Source: Pelomyxa schiedti
Lineage: Eukaryota; Protista; Evosea
Direction of reading: 5' to 3'
Length of the DNA stretch: 47,880 nt
NCBI GenBank assembly: GCA_020536535.1
Contig: JAHLWZ010000916.1
Span: 1-47,880, forward strand
The notes beneath the pieces are model-generated. The model worked only from the letters and a program-made list of their open reading frames with translations. It searched no databases and was not told where the DNA came from. Every line of letters starts with the position of its first letter. Position 1 is the first letter of the stretch. Below are positions 47,792-47,880 of the stretch, piece after piece. The position numbers and the translations under genes were made by a program.

Positions 47792-47880
<89 letters not shown>
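45626..47880 (-). CDS. PA-domain M28 aminopeptidase with N-terminal membrane anchor; 5' end beyond the window
   Basis: Zinc-ligand motifs GAHLD, GVNDDASG, FWGAEEYGLQGS, NMDMI and DPCYHKACDT; SDYGPFLDAGIPA; PA domain GCDDADY...GNIALV; includes an 18-nt micro-exon (45949-45966). Confidence 0.9.
47732..47880. repeat. (CA)n/(CGCA)n microsatellite running off the window end, inside an M28 gene intron
   Basis: Long CA dinucleotide run visible directly. Confidence 0.97.

Noticed and set aside
47657-47880. Cys-Val repeat ORFs
   Set aside because: Translation of the (CA)n microsatellite inside an intron.
1-47880. Prokaryotic operon, prophage or transposase
   Set aside because: Genes carry spliceosomal introns and eukaryote-specific products; I found no transposase, integrase or reverse transcriptase motifs.

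Overview
Gene-dense eukaryotic (protist) DNA with many very short GT-AG introns (mostly about 30-75 nt), tiny intergenic gaps and GC-rich gene 5' ends. The style and the lineage-specific gene families suggest an anaerobic amoebozoan such as Pelomyxa (Archamoebae); this is inference, not proven. Conserved intron-rich genes: an ABCB half-transporter with an inserted C1/ZZ-like zinc finger, a cathepsin L-like protease, a bacterial-type aspartate 4-decarboxylase with about 13 introns, a RasGEF, an ELM2-SANT protein, a START protein, an OSCA/TMEM63 channel, a TKL-like kinase, CDC45, TFIIIC subunit GTF3C4, an SPX-EXS (XPR1/PHO1) exporter and a PA-M28 aminopeptidase. Interspersed are six intronless members of an apparently uncharacterised expanded family (N-terminal AxxQFxxL...IGxRW box plus a probable beta-propeller) and one ankyrin-like repeat gene; the sampled 3' bodies of these genes are strongly CpG-depleted. 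The strongest leads are this putative adaptor family with its methylation-like signature, a candidate 172-nt Pol III non-coding RNA (31043-31214, minus strand), the intron-rich laterally acquired aspartate decarboxylase, and a degenerate inositol-pyrophosphate-binding surface in the XPR1 SPX domain. Gene models were spliced by eye, so exon boundaries and some starts are approximate.
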